NCBI GenBank assembly: GCA_031426555.1
Contig: JANPLN010000015.1
Coordinates: 32,001 to 96,000, forward strand
DNA from: Bdellovibrionales bacterium
GTDB lineage: Bacteria > Bdellovibrionota > Bdellovibrionia > Bdellovibrionales > JAGQZY01
DNA: 64,000 nt
Direction of reading: 5' to 3'
In this document: positions 40,435 through 51,336 of the stretch, piece by piece
How the letters are laid out: each line of letters starts with the position of its first letter
Position numbering within the stretch: the first letter of the stretch is position 1
Position numbers and translations under genes: made by a program
The notes under the pieces: model-generated
Databases searched by the model: none
What the model was told of the DNA's origin: nothing
What the model saw: the letters and a program-made list of their open reading frames with translations, nothing else

Positions 40435-41297
40435 AGTTCCTCGTAAGCGCTTGGTTTTTTGATGGGACCCGGTTTAACAGGCGCCGGGAGGGCTGGTTTT
40501 GGTTCTTCCGCAGGCTGTCTTGGGGCTCTCACTTTGCCCATGACATCGTCGGCATCAACAACTTTTAACGGATTAATATAGCGATCATTTGGATTTCTGA
40601 GAGTGGCGTACAACGAGCCGGGGCTGCTGTTGATGATGTGAATTAACAGCTGCACTTCTGCCGGCGAAATTTCTACCGTCACCGATGTAAAGTTATAAAC
40701 TTTGCGCAGGTTATTGATAAGGAAAGAATCCTTACTGCCTTCTTCGAGTTGCGCTGGAATTGTGTCCACAATGTTTTGGCCCACAGCCAAAATAGGAACG
40801 TCCTGCATGATGGTGCGAACTTCTTTCTTTTTATCAATACCTTGGCCAGAATCCACCGCAGTGATCAAATCAATGCGATCACCAGGTTTTACTAGGCGCG
40901 CGATCATCTGAATATCGTTGGCAGGAATGGCAAAGGCCCGTTTTCCAGGACTGACTTGCATCGAGAGACCCGTGTCTTTTCCCGGAGGTAAAAGCTTCGT
41001 ATTTAAAATCTGTTCACCTTTTTTAATTGGTGCTGCGGCCATTTGTCCAATCGCTTGTTCTGGGTTTTGCAGAGCTTTGGGTTGAACAAAATCTTCTGGC
41101 GCTTCGGACACCTCAATCATGGATTCGTCGATGGGTTCCATTTCGGTGATATCTTTTGAGGCGATCACAACTTGTTTTTTTGCGCCGTACTTTTTGTGAA
41201 CAGACGCCTTTTGTTCCTGAGACCAACTGTAAAGTAGGAAAACTGCAAAGACCGCGCTTCCAATAGATATCCAGAGGGTTTTCGTATCGTTATTCAT
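40431..41297 (-). CDS. cpaB: Flp pilus assembly protein CpaB/RcpC
   Basis: TM helix, SAF domain VVIASKDI, PGKRAFAI, VKPGDRIDL, QDVPILAVGQ, LRNP.D. Confidence 0.92.
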   Translation of the reverse strand: MNNDTKTLWISIGSAVFAVFLLYSWSQEQKASVHKKYGAKKQVVIASKDITEMEPIDESMIEVSEAPEDFVQPKALQNPEQAIGQMAAAPIKKGEQILNTKLLPPGKDTGLSMQVSPGKRAFAIPANDIQMIARLVKPGDRIDLITAVDSGQGIDKKKEVRTIMQDVPILAVGQNIVDTIPAQLEEGSKDSFLINNLRKVYNFTSVTVEISPAEVQLLIHIINSSPGSLYATLRNPNDRYINPLKVVDADDVMGKVRAPRQPAEEPKPALPAPVKPGPIKKPSAYEEL

Positions 41298-41298
41298 G

Positions 41299-41781
41299 CT
41301 AATCTCCACACTGTTCTGTTAAACAAATTCCGTACTGTGTTTTAATCCAAACTGGATCCAAGGAAATGCCTTCATTTCTTTGTCCGTCTCTGACTTCTGC
41401 ACCCACTCGAGAATGTTCGTTGGCGGTTCGACCCTGAGGATCTTCTTCGATAAACATGGCGATCCTACGCTCGGTGGGGTATTGGTTTTTGTCGCCGCCG
41501 CGTTGGGCGATTTCGTTATTGGTTCCGTGCAAACGATTTTCGTAAGCGTGATAACTTAAGGTCAATGGCTTATTGCCTCGGAACCACCAAAGGTGCGAAC
41601 GATGTCTAAAGATCTCAAAGGTGTAGGTGCGCGAAGCAATTGATTGCAGAATTGCCGTGTGGGTAACTCCAAAAAAACCAAGGGTGTAACGAGACAGAAC
41701 TATAAAAATAAACAGAATAATCACTGATTCCAAAACAGCCAGGCCACGTTCGTTTTTGAGGTTGGGTGCGGTGTTCTTCAT
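41299..41781 (-). CDS. TadE/F-like pseudopilin
   Basis: KNERG|LAVLE prepilin cleavage motif followed by a hydrophobic helix. Confidence 0.8.
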   Translation of the reverse strand: MKNTAPNLKNERGLAVLESVIILFIFIVLSRYTLGFFGVTHTAILQSIASRTYTFEIFRHRSHLWWFRGNKPLTLSYHAYENRLHGTNNEIAQRGGDKNQYPTERRIAMFIEEDPQGRTANEHSRVGAEVRDGQRNEGISLDPVWIKTQYGICLTEQCGD

Positions 41782-41782
41782 G

Positions 41783-42400
41783 CTAACACCCGTCGTCCAT
41801 AGTTGGTAAATACGCATCATCTCGCACAAAGCCCAAGGCAAAGCCCGCTTTCAGGGTTTGAATCTGTTTAAAGCGGTCTTTCGTAAAATCCTCGCATTCC
41901 TTTTCTGTAGGCTCACGCATCAGATACGAAGAAACCTGAGTGCCAAGATCATCGTCGGTGGTGCTACCTAACAAAGGGATGTTCATACTTAACACTTTTG
42001 CAACTAGGCTGGTTCGCGCACCAACGAAGGTATCGGAGTCTTCTCCGGCGGTTTGCGAAAACTCGGCGCTAAAATCCTTAAGTTCAACATCGCTAATCTC
42101 AAACCAATCGTTGCGAAAGAAATTTCCTAGAACCGAATTTTGATCGCGTAAAAGCTTTTGAAATTTTTCTTTGCCAACGCGACGTTGCTCGTCTTCGTTT
42201 TTGTGAGCGGCAAAAAAAGATCTAGCGCTGGCGAAAGTGGCATATTGAGTGATTTCGACAACTACAAAAGTGATTGCAAACCGAAAGAGAATAGCAGAAA
42301 ACGTAAACATCATGATGGACGCAAAGATAAAATCAAGGGTCAGCATCCCTTTTTGATTTTTTAAAATGTTTCGTGCCGGTTGTTTAGTCATCTTCATCAT
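41783..42400 (-). CDS. TadE/G-like pseudopilin
   Basis: NQKG|MLTLDF motif, hydrophobic helix, TQYATFASAR. Confidence 0.8.
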   Translation of the reverse strand: MMKMTKQPARNILKNQKGMLTLDFIFASIMMFTFSAILFRFAITFVVVEITQYATFASARSFFAAHKNEDEQRRVGKEKFQKLLRDQNSVLGNFFRNDWFEISDVELKDFSAEFSQTAGEDSDTFVGARTSLVAKVLSMNIPLLGSTTDDDLGTQVSSYLMREPTEKECEDFTKDRFKQIQTLKAGFALGFVRDDAYLPTMDDGC

Positions 42401-42404
42401 ATTC

Positions 42405-42653
42405 CTATATAGGTTCCGGACTCGCACGGCGTCCATACACATTGGGGTGAATATCGCTGCCGGTGTTTCCTTCGGACCACACACCATTTTGAATCATGCC
42501 CTGAAGGTAAGACCACGGACCACTGACCATCTTGCGTAAAAAATCCTGATCCTTGATGGCTCCCGTTCCCACTTTTGCAAATGCGAGAGCAATCACGAGG
42601 AGCAAAACAGCTTCAATCGTCATTTGTCCTCGTTGGTTGCGAAAGCGTCTCAT
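42405..42653 (-). CDS. Small minor pilin/pseudopilin (82 aa)
   Basis: MRRFRNQRG|QMTIEAVLLL with E+5. ATG overlaps the cpaA stop. This is the C-terminal part of the 306-aa track ORF. Confidence 0.82.
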   Translation of the reverse strand: MRRFRNQRGQMTIEAVLLLVIALAFAKVGTGAIKDQDFLRKMVSGPWSYLQGMIQNGVWSEGNTGSDIHPNVYGRRASPEPI

Positions 42654-43138
42654 ACGACCCCTCCCACCGACAAAAAGCTGAGCCATCCTAAAAGAATAGC
42701 CACCGTGTAGGGAATTTTTTGTTGAGAGGCTTGTGGATTTCGTAAAATCAACGATTGAGCAAACGTCGTTAGCTGACCAGCAAACATCAGCTTTAAGAGT
42801 CCGATGAGCAGCCCCCAAAAGAGAGAGTAGGCGAGCACGGTTGTGCTGATGAGTGGCGATGTGAGCAAGCAAAACACCGCCAGCAATTTTAAATCGCCAG
42901 CCCCAAGTGCGCCAAAAAAGAAAAGCGGAGTGAGTGCAATAAAGAAAGCTACGCTTCCTAAAAGACTGCTCAACACGGGCAAGAGAGCGGTCTTTGTAGC
43001 ACCTAAAAATAGAACACTCAAAAAAGCGCTGGAAACAAATAGCCAGTTTGGAAAACGTCCCGATTTGACGTCGAATCCGCAAGCTATGAGCAGCAGGAGT
43101 GTTGGTGCTAAAAGGGAGAGCTCGTGAAAAACCATCAA
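42650..43138 (-). CDS. cpaA: A24 prepilin peptidase CpaA/TadV
   Basis: FDVKSGRFPNW, LGAGDLKL, IPYTVAI. Confidence 0.92.
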   Translation of the reverse strand: MMVFHELSLLAPTLLLLIACGFDVKSGRFPNWLFVSSAFLSVLFLGATKTALLPVLSSLLGSVAFFIALTPLFFFGALGAGDLKLLAVFCLLTSPLISTTVLAYSLFWGLLIGLLKLMFAGQLTTFAQSLILRNPQASQQKIPYTVAILLGWLSFLSVGGVV

Positions 43139-43347
43139 GGCACTCCTGTGGGTGGACCAGCGGGGGGAACTTGCCAGTTGTTGGGTGGATAGTTAAAAGC
43201 TTGCCCTGTGGAAAGTTGCTGTTCGACGCGCGCACCGAGGCGAGGAGCGGAGTTTCTAAAAACTTCCATCGGGCCTTTTTCGCCGGTAAATGCGCCCATA
43301 AGTACGAATACAAAAAGTCCAACAAGTAAAACGTATTCGACGATCAC
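43135..43347 (-). CDS. Flp-like minor pilin without an evident leader peptide
   Basis: GGAGG-N5-GTG start gives MIVEYVLLVGLFVFVLMG; EY motif plus hydrophobic helix. Confidence 0.75.
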   Translation of the reverse strand: MIVEYVLLVGLFVFVLMGAFTGEKGPMEVFRNSAPRLGARVEQQLSTGQAFNYPPNNWQVPPAGPPTGVP

Positions 43348-43373
43348 GAGAACCTCCAAGGTTTACCTAGTAA

Positions 43374-43402
43374 ACATCGGAATTCTCAAATAAAAACATA
43401 AG
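43374..43402 (-). promoter_or_regulatory. Putative sigma28 promoter of the minor pilin-cpaA-cpaB-cpaC operon
   Basis: Minus strand CTTATG-N16-CCGATGT. Confidence 0.5.
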
Positions 43403-43506
43403 TACAGTTTGGTATATTAGACGGTAGAGGATAGAAACCAAGAGACCTTCGTCCTGTAGAAGAGATCTACAAAAGGCCTCTTGTTTATGAGCGTTAGATG
43501 GGGCTG

Positions 43507-43686
43507 TTAGTTAGCACTAAAGCCTTGGATATCGTTTCCGAGGTCGTCAACTTTACCGCGAATGATCCCCATAATCTTATCTTTAAAAAGCATGGCAATT
43601 CCTACCACGATCACAAGCATAAGAATGTACTCGGTTGCACCCTGCGCTGATTCATCTGTCCAAAGAGTTTTAATACTGTTTTTCAT
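43507..43686 (-). CDS. flp: Flp (type IVb/c) major pilin, 59 aa
   Basis: Below the ORF-track cutoff. Manual translation: MKNSIKTLWTDESA|QGATEYILMLVIVVGIAMLFKDKIMGIIRGKVDDLGNDIQGFSAN*. AAGGAGG SD. Confidence 0.92.
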   Translation of the reverse strand: MKNSIKTLWTDESAQGATEYILMLVIVVGIAMLFKDKIMGIIRGKVDDLGNDIQGFSAN

Positions 43687-43719
43687 TCGTGGCCTCCTTC
43701 AAACGGCTATGTGCTTATG

Positions 43720-43747
43720 TTATCGGACGGTCCGGCAAAACCATAAG
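43720..43747 (-). promoter_or_regulatory. Putative sigma28 promoter of flp
   Basis: Minus strand CTTATG-N15-CCGATAA. Confidence 0.55.
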
Positions 43748-43834
43748 GACTTTGTTTGAGACATCCGAAAATAGCGAGAATGTGTTTCAGAATGAGACAG
43801 TCCGGGGGAGGTTAAAAACGCACTTCATTAAAAA

Positions 43835-44182
43835 TTATTCGTGATTCGAAGTGGACGGTGATTCTTTGGTTGTTTTCATTTTTTGATAAAGCTTCATGGC
43901 TTTTTGGGGGTTCGGGGGAGTTGGGTTAGCAGTCGAAAGCAAATCTCCTACCTTTATCCCTTCTCTGTCGTAAACCGATCCCTTTTCGACTCGAACCACT
44001 TCCATCAACGAGTTTCCGGCGGGCTTGAGAGTGATTTGCTTGAGCAGCAACGATAAGTCGTTTAATTCTTGAGGGGTGGCCTTTGCCATTACAGTATTCA
44101 AATTCTTAGGCTCTGCAGATGAGGGTAGTGGGAGGATGCAAAATGCGATGAGAGCATATATTAATTGCGAGCTGAATTTCAT
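43835..44182 (-). CDS. Small secreted protein with a PDZ-like segment
   Basis: Signal peptide; EVVRVEKGSVYDREGIKVGDLL matches the PDZ 'V..GS.A...GL..GD.I' pattern; GGAGG SD. Confidence 0.7.
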   Translation of the reverse strand: MKFSSQLIYALIAFCILPLPSSAEPKNLNTVMAKATPQELNDLSLLLKQITLKPAGNSLMEVVRVEKGSVYDREGIKVGDLLSTANPTPPNPQKAMKLYQKMKTTKESPSTSNHE

Positions 44183-44261
44183 TGTTGCCTCCGACGAGAT
44201 GTTATAGTGAAGAAATTTATTAAATAGTATCTTTTAGTGAAGGAGGAAATCAAATGTTTTA

Positions 44262-44322
44262 TAATAAGTAATAAGTAATAAGTAATAAGTAATAAGTAAT
44301 AAGTAATAAGTAATAAGTAATA
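44262..44322. repeat. Heptanucleotide tandem repeat (TAATAAG)x8 plus a partial unit
   Basis: Eight perfect units 44262-44317, then TAATA. Confidence 0.97.
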
Positions 44323-44670
44323 GAAAATCTACTTAGTGGGTTTAACGGGCAGCGTGCGTAGGTAACGACTTGCCAGAAGCAAATTCAGGATTCACACAGT
44401 ACGGATTTAAGAAAACTATGAAAGAACTCTGCGAGCCTTGCGTCAATCCGGGAAATTAAATTAAAAAATATTTGACCTGCTTTTTTGATTTCAAATTTCG
44501 TCGCTATCACTTTTTCTTTTTCCCACTCGTATCCCTGGACGGGTCTGGCAACGACTCACCTCACAACGAATCTTCGAGAGCTAGATGTAGGCTCAGGAGA
44601 AAAAACTTTTTAAATGTCCGGATGGGTAGATTCTCAAAAAAAGCAATTCTCAGAGTCGTGATAGATTGAA

Positions 44671-44691
44671 TCACTTCCGTAGCGGAAGTGA
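44671..44691. promoter_or_regulatory. Palindrome upstream of the HNH gene, repeated inside the gene
   Basis: TCACTTCCG-TAG-CGGAAGTGA. The 16-mer CACTTCCGTAGCGGAA recurs exactly at 45548-45563. Confidence 0.8.
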
Positions 44692-44729
44692 ACTGCTTTT
44701 GAAATTGCAATTTTAACGAAAGGAAAAAT

Positions 44730-45845
44730 ATGATTTTAAAAACTCTCAGCGACGATTTATTGGAGACCCGCTTAAAAAAACTCGTGGGAACTGAACGAAA
44801 GATCACGCATCTGGTTTTGCAATATATTGGCGAGATAGATCGCCGAAAACTTTACGTGCGAAGAGCCTATTCAAGTCTTTTTGAGTTCTTGGTGAAGGAG
44901 CATGGATACAGTGCTGCCGCCGCCATGCGAAGAATTGAAGGGGCTCGTTTATTGATACAAATTCCGGAAGTTTCGGAAAAATTGGAAAGTGGGGCTTTGA
45001 ATCTGAGCCACGTTGCGCTTGTTCAACGTGCTGAGCGTGAATATAAGAAAGAGACAAAATCAGACATACCAATAGAAACTAAGCGGGAACTGCTTTCAAG
45101 AATTGAAAATCAAACTCAATCCAAGTCAGAAACCCTCATTTCGCAAGAATTGGACATTAGTTTCGTGACGAAAAACAAACTCACATATCATAAAGATGAG
45201 TCGGTCACACTGATGGTCACGTTCACGAAAGATCAATTGGCTGACTTAGAGCAAGCACAATCGATGCTATCGCACGCAGTCCCAGAAAAAAACTGGGCGA
45301 GTTTAATTATTTATTTGGCGCAAAAAGAGATCTCTCGACGAATCGGTCGCAAAATTCCTCTACGAGAAATCCAAGCTCCTCAGAAAGGAAGCAAAAATCT
45401 TCAACCTGAAATTAAAGCTCCTCGGTCGAAAACCAAATCTACAGAACTGGAAATTAAGACTTCGACGCGCGAGACCAAAGGTTCAGGGCCGGAAATTAAA
45501 ACTTCTAGGCGGGAAACCAAATCTTATTTGTGGGAAGCTACCTCCCACACTTCCGTAGCGGAAACGAGTCATGTTGAAAATGGAATTCTTCATATTACAG
45601 CGCAAACCCTCTCACGAAAAAGAAAAGCAATTGGTCGTAAACTCAAGCAACAACTTTTATTAAAGGACGCATTCTGTCTATTTCGTGATCCGCAAACAGG
45701 CAGAACTTGTGGCAGTCGCCATTTTTTACAAATTGATCATATTAAAAGTATAAGCGCTGGTGGCGGCAATGAGCCGGCTAACCTGCAAGTCCTATGTGGG
45801 AGACACAATCGCTATAAGTATGAGCAGGAAGTAAAGAAAGAATAA
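44730..45845 (+). CDS. HNH endonuclease with a helical (DUF222-like) N-terminal region
   Basis: C-terminal CLF...CGSRHFLQIDHI...GGGNEPANLQVLCGRHN; N-terminal YSSLFEF...GYS...A.RRI helix-turn-helix-like block; AAGGA SD. Confidence 0.9.
   Translation: MILKTLSDDLLETRLKKLVGTERKITHLVLQYIGEIDRRKLYVRRAYSSLFEFLVKEHGYSAAAAMRRIEGARLLIQIPEVSEKLESGALNLSHVALVQRAEREYKKETKSDIPIETKRELLSRIENQTQSKSETLISQELDISFVTKNKLTYHKDESVTLMVTFTKDQLADLEQAQSMLSHAVPEKNWASLIIYLAQKEISRRIGRKIPLREIQAPQKGSKNLQPEIKAPRSKTKSTELEIKTSTRETKGSGPEIKTSRRETKSYLWEATSHTSVAETSHVENGILHITAQTLSRKRKAIGRKLKQQLLLKDAFCLFRDPQTGRTCGSRHFLQIDHIKSISAGGGNEPANLQVLCGRHNRYKYEQEVKKE
45366..45533 (+). repeat. Four degenerate 42-bp (14-aa) tandem repeats in the HNH linker
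   Basis: EIQAPQKGSKNLQP / EIKAPRSKTKSTEL / EIKTSTRETKGSGP / EIKTSRRETKSYLW, starting at 45366, 45408, 45450 and 45492. Confidence 0.85.
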
Positions 45846-45994
45846 ATATTAAATTTTTCCAAGTTTTAAGGAGCCAATAAGATTGCGAGTAATAGTAAAA
45901 GAGCGAGTTTGAGATCTTGAGAGAGATCCATACAAAAGTAAATGAGAATAAATTTATCTAGCTCTAAGGGGTGCGTTCGATTCAGCTTAAAGCA

Positions 45995-48437
<2,443 letters not shown>

Positions 48438-48443
48438 GGCTGT

Positions 48444-49916
48444 ATGGATTTAGGTAAAGCCTCCCTCCGAGATATATCCACCGCCGTCAAAGGCAAAGCC
48501 ATTAGCGCCAAAGAAGTGACAAATTTTTTTCAACAGCGAATCGAAAAGCTCAATAAAAAATTCAACGCGTTTGTTACGTTAAACGAGTCGGCACAAAAAG
48601 AAGCCGAAGCGGTCGATCTCAAAATCCAAAAGGGACAAGATCCTGGTTTCTTGGCGGGAGTTCCCGTGGGAGTTAAGGATCTTTTTTGCACCAAAGGTCT
48701 TCGCACCACAGCGGCCTCTAAAATTTTAGCCAACTTCGTACCGCCTTACACCGCAACCTGTGTGCAGCGTTTGCAGGATCAAGGAGCCATTGTCCTTGGC
48801 AAAACCAACATGGATGAGTTTGCCATGGGTTCCTCCAACGAAACCTCAAATTTTGGAACCTGCCACAACCCTTGGAACACCGACTACGTTGCGGGAGGCT
48901 CCAGCGGCGGTTCGGCAGCCGCGGTGGCGGCAGGGCTTGTTCCGGCCACTTTGGGTTCTGACACTGGCGGATCCATTCGGCAGCCCGCAGCTTTTTGCGG
49001 CTTGGCCGGCGTTAAGCCCACTTACGGTCGTATTAGCCGCTATGGAATGATTGCCTTTGCCTCGTCCCTCGACCAAGCGGGTCCCATGGCGCGCACGGTG
49101 GATGATTGTGCATTTTTGCTCGATGCCATGTGCGGACACGATGCGAAGGATTCCACCACCAGCGCACGACCGTGGGAAAAACTCGCCGCGCAAAAAAATT
49201 TAAAAAGTTACAAATTTAAAGTGGGCTTGCCCAAGGAATATTTTGAACACAACATCGAAGAGTCGGTAAAAAAAGCGTTTTGGGACACCATCGAAAATTT
49301 AAAAAAACAAGGCGTTGAATTTGTAGATATTCAGTTGCCGCACACGCCCTATGCTGTGCCAGTGTATTACATGGTGGCGACGAGTGAAGCCTCGAGCAAC
49401 CTCTCGCGGTATGATGGCATTCGTTACGGCTTTCGCGCCGAGCCGCCCGCAAAAGATTGGGCCAGCCTCGACGAATTGTATTCTGTGACGCGGGCCCAGG
49501 GTTTTGGCGATGAAGTGAAACGCCGAATTATTCTTGGAACGTTTGCGCTCTCAACCGGTTACTACGATGCCTACTACTCAAAGGCGAGCAAAGTGCGCCG
49601 TCTCATACAAAATGATTTTATCGAAGCGTTTAAAAACTGCGATTTAATCATGGGTCCGGTCACCACGTCGCCGGCTTTCAAAACAAGCACGCGAATTAAT
49701 GATCCGATTCAAATGTATCTCAACGATATTTTCACAACGTCCATCAACTTAGCGGGCTTGCCTGCCATGACGGTGCCGGTGGGTCTAAATTCACAAGGCT
49801 TGCCAGTGGGAGTGCAAATCATGGCTCCGCACTTTGCCGAAGCGGCGATGCTTTCTCTTGCGCAAGGAATCGAAGATGTGAGCGACATGAAAGGGAAGGT
49901 GCCCCATGGCGTATAG
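48444..49916 (+). CDS. gatA: Asp/Glu-tRNA amidotransferase subunit A
   Basis: [44 protein letters not shown]. Confidence 0.98.
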   Translation: MDLGKASLRDISTAVKGKAISAKEVTNFFQQRIEKLNKKFNAFVTLNESAQKEAEAVDLKIQKGQDPGFLAGVPVGVKDLFCTKGLRTTAASKILANFVPPYTATCVQRLQDQGAIVLGKTNMDEFAMGSSNETSNFGTCHNPWNTDYVAGGSSGGSAAAVAAGLVPATLGSDTGGSIRQPAAFCGLAGVKPTYGRISRYGMIAFASSLDQAGPMARTVDDCAFLLDAMCGHDAKDSTTSARPWEKLAAQKNLKSYKFKVGLPKEYFEHNIEESVKKAFWDTIENLKKQGVEFVDIQLPHTPYAVPVYYMVATSEASSNLSRYDGIRYGFRAEPPAKDWASLDELYSVTRAQGFGDEVKRRIILGTFALSTGYYDAYYSKASKVRRLIQNDFIEAFKNCDLIMGPVTTSPAFKTSTRINDPIQMYLNDIFTTSINLAGLPAMTVPVGLNSQGLPVGVQIMAPHFAEAAMLSLAQGIEDVSDMKGKVPHGV

Positions 49917-51336
49917 CGATTACGAAGCGGTGATCGGTTTAGAAATTCACGCACAGCTATTTACAAAATCAAAAATCTTTTCCACCGCCTCCACAGAGTT
50001 TGGCGAGGGCGACAACTCGCAGGTCACTCCGGTGTGTGCGGGTATGCCAGGAACTCTTCCAGTGTTGAACAAAGGCGCGGTGGAGTTGGCAATTAAAACT
50101 GGCCTGGCACTTCATTGTGAGATCAATAAAAAATCGGTGTTTTCTCGCAAGCAGTATTTTTATCCCGATCTGCCAAAGGGCTATCAAATTTCGCAGTACG
50201 ATCTGCCCATCTGTTCGGGTGGCTACGTGGAATTTTACCTGAATGGAAAACTGCGAAAAGTAAATCTCGAGCGCGCGCACATGGAAGAAGATGCGGGCAA
50301 GTCCACGCACCACGGTGACTACACGCTGGTCAATTTAAATCGTGCGGGAGTTCCCCTCTTAGAAATCGTTTCGGGCCCCGAGATGCGCTCCCCCGAAGAA
50401 GCCGCCGAGTACTCGCGCGCCGTTCGCCAGATACTGCGCTATATCGGCGTGTGTGATGGCAATCTCGAAGAGGGAAGCATGCGCTGTGATTGCAATGTGA
50501 GCGTTCGCAAAAAAGGCGTGGAAAAATTAGGAACAAAAGTTGAATTAAAAAACATCAACTCATTTAAGTTTATCGAAAAGGCGATCGAATACGAAATTCA
50601 ACGTCAGATCGACACCATTGAGGGAGGAGAGATAATCGTGCAAGAAACCCGTCTCTATGACTCTACCAAAAATAAAACCTTTTCGATGCGCTCCAAAGAA
50701 GAAGCCCAGGATTATCGGTATTTTCCAGACCCTGATCTTTTACCAATCACACTGGACACCGCCTGGATTGAGTCCATTAAAAAAGGGCTTCCTGAGTTGC
50801 CTCTCGCCAAAAGCCAACGCTTTCAGACTGACTACGGTTTGGCAGAGCTCGATGCCAACGTGCTCACTCAAGAAAAAGAAATGTCCGACTATTATGAAGA
50901 GGTGGCTAAGAAAAGCGGCAATCCAAAGATTGCTGCCAACTGGATGATGGCCGAGTTGATGCGAGAATTAAAAGACAACAAGGTGGACGTGGAAAATTCG
51001 CCAGTGACAGCATCGGCTTTGGCCGAGCTGGTGCAGCTGATCGACAAAGGTACGATCTCGGGAAAAATGGCCAAGCAGGTGTTTGCAGAAATGTGGACAA
51101 CTAAAGATAAGCCGTCCAACCTGATTCAAAAGCTAGGACTGGAACAGATCACGGATGAGAGCGCCATTGCAAAAATTGTGGATGACGTTATTGCCCAAAA
51201 CGCCGACCAAGTGGCGCAGTACAGGTCTGGCAAAGATAAAGTTTTTGGATTTTTTGTGGGTCAAGTGATGAAGATTTCTAAGGGCCAGGCCAATCCAGAT
51301 TCGGTGAATAAACTTTTGAAGGAGAAACTTAAATAG
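49906..51336 (+). CDS. gatB: Asp/Glu-tRNA amidotransferase subunit B
   Basis: IGLEIHAQL, YFYPDLPKGYQISQ, HMEEDAGKS, MRSKEEAQDYRYFPDPDL. Confidence 0.98.
   Translation: MAYSDYEAVIGLEIHAQLFTKSKIFSTASTEFGEGDNSQVTPVCAGMPGTLPVLNKGAVELAIKTGLALHCEINKKSVFSRKQYFYPDLPKGYQISQYDLPICSGGYVEFYLNGKLRKVNLERAHMEEDAGKSTHHGDYTLVNLNRAGVPLLEIVSGPEMRSPEEAAEYSRAVRQILRYIGVCDGNLEEGSMRCDCNVSVRKKGVEKLGTKVELKNINSFKFIEKAIEYEIQRQIDTIEGGEIIVQETRLYDSTKNKTFSMRSKEEAQDYRYFPDPDLLPITLDTAWIESIKKGLPELPLAKSQRFQTDYGLAELDANVLTQEKEMSDYYEEVAKKSGNPKIAANWMMAELMRELKDNKVDVENSPVTASALAELVQLIDKGTISGKMAKQVFAEMWTTKDKPSNLIQKLGLEQITDESAIAKIVDDVIAQNADQVAQYRSGKDKVFGFFVGQVMKISKGQANPDSVNKLLKEKLK

Noticed and set aside
42654..43325. N-terminal 224 aa of the 306-aa track ORF 42405..43325
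   Set aside because: Out-of-frame overlap with cpaA and the minor pilin; only the last 82 codons look like a real gene.
43687..43834. c-di-GMP-I riboswitch upstream of flp
   Set aside because: The GCAAAACC-like word is on the wrong strand for flp, and the GNRA/receptor two-stem architecture is not seen.
44262..44322. Possible CRISPR array near a nuclease gene
   Set aside because: Contiguous 7-bp units with no spacers, and no cas genes in the window.
44730..45845. HNH ORF as IscB/Cas9/TnpB-type RNA-guided nuclease
   Set aside because: No PLMP N-terminus or recognisable split RuvC motifs; the HNH domain is C-terminal.
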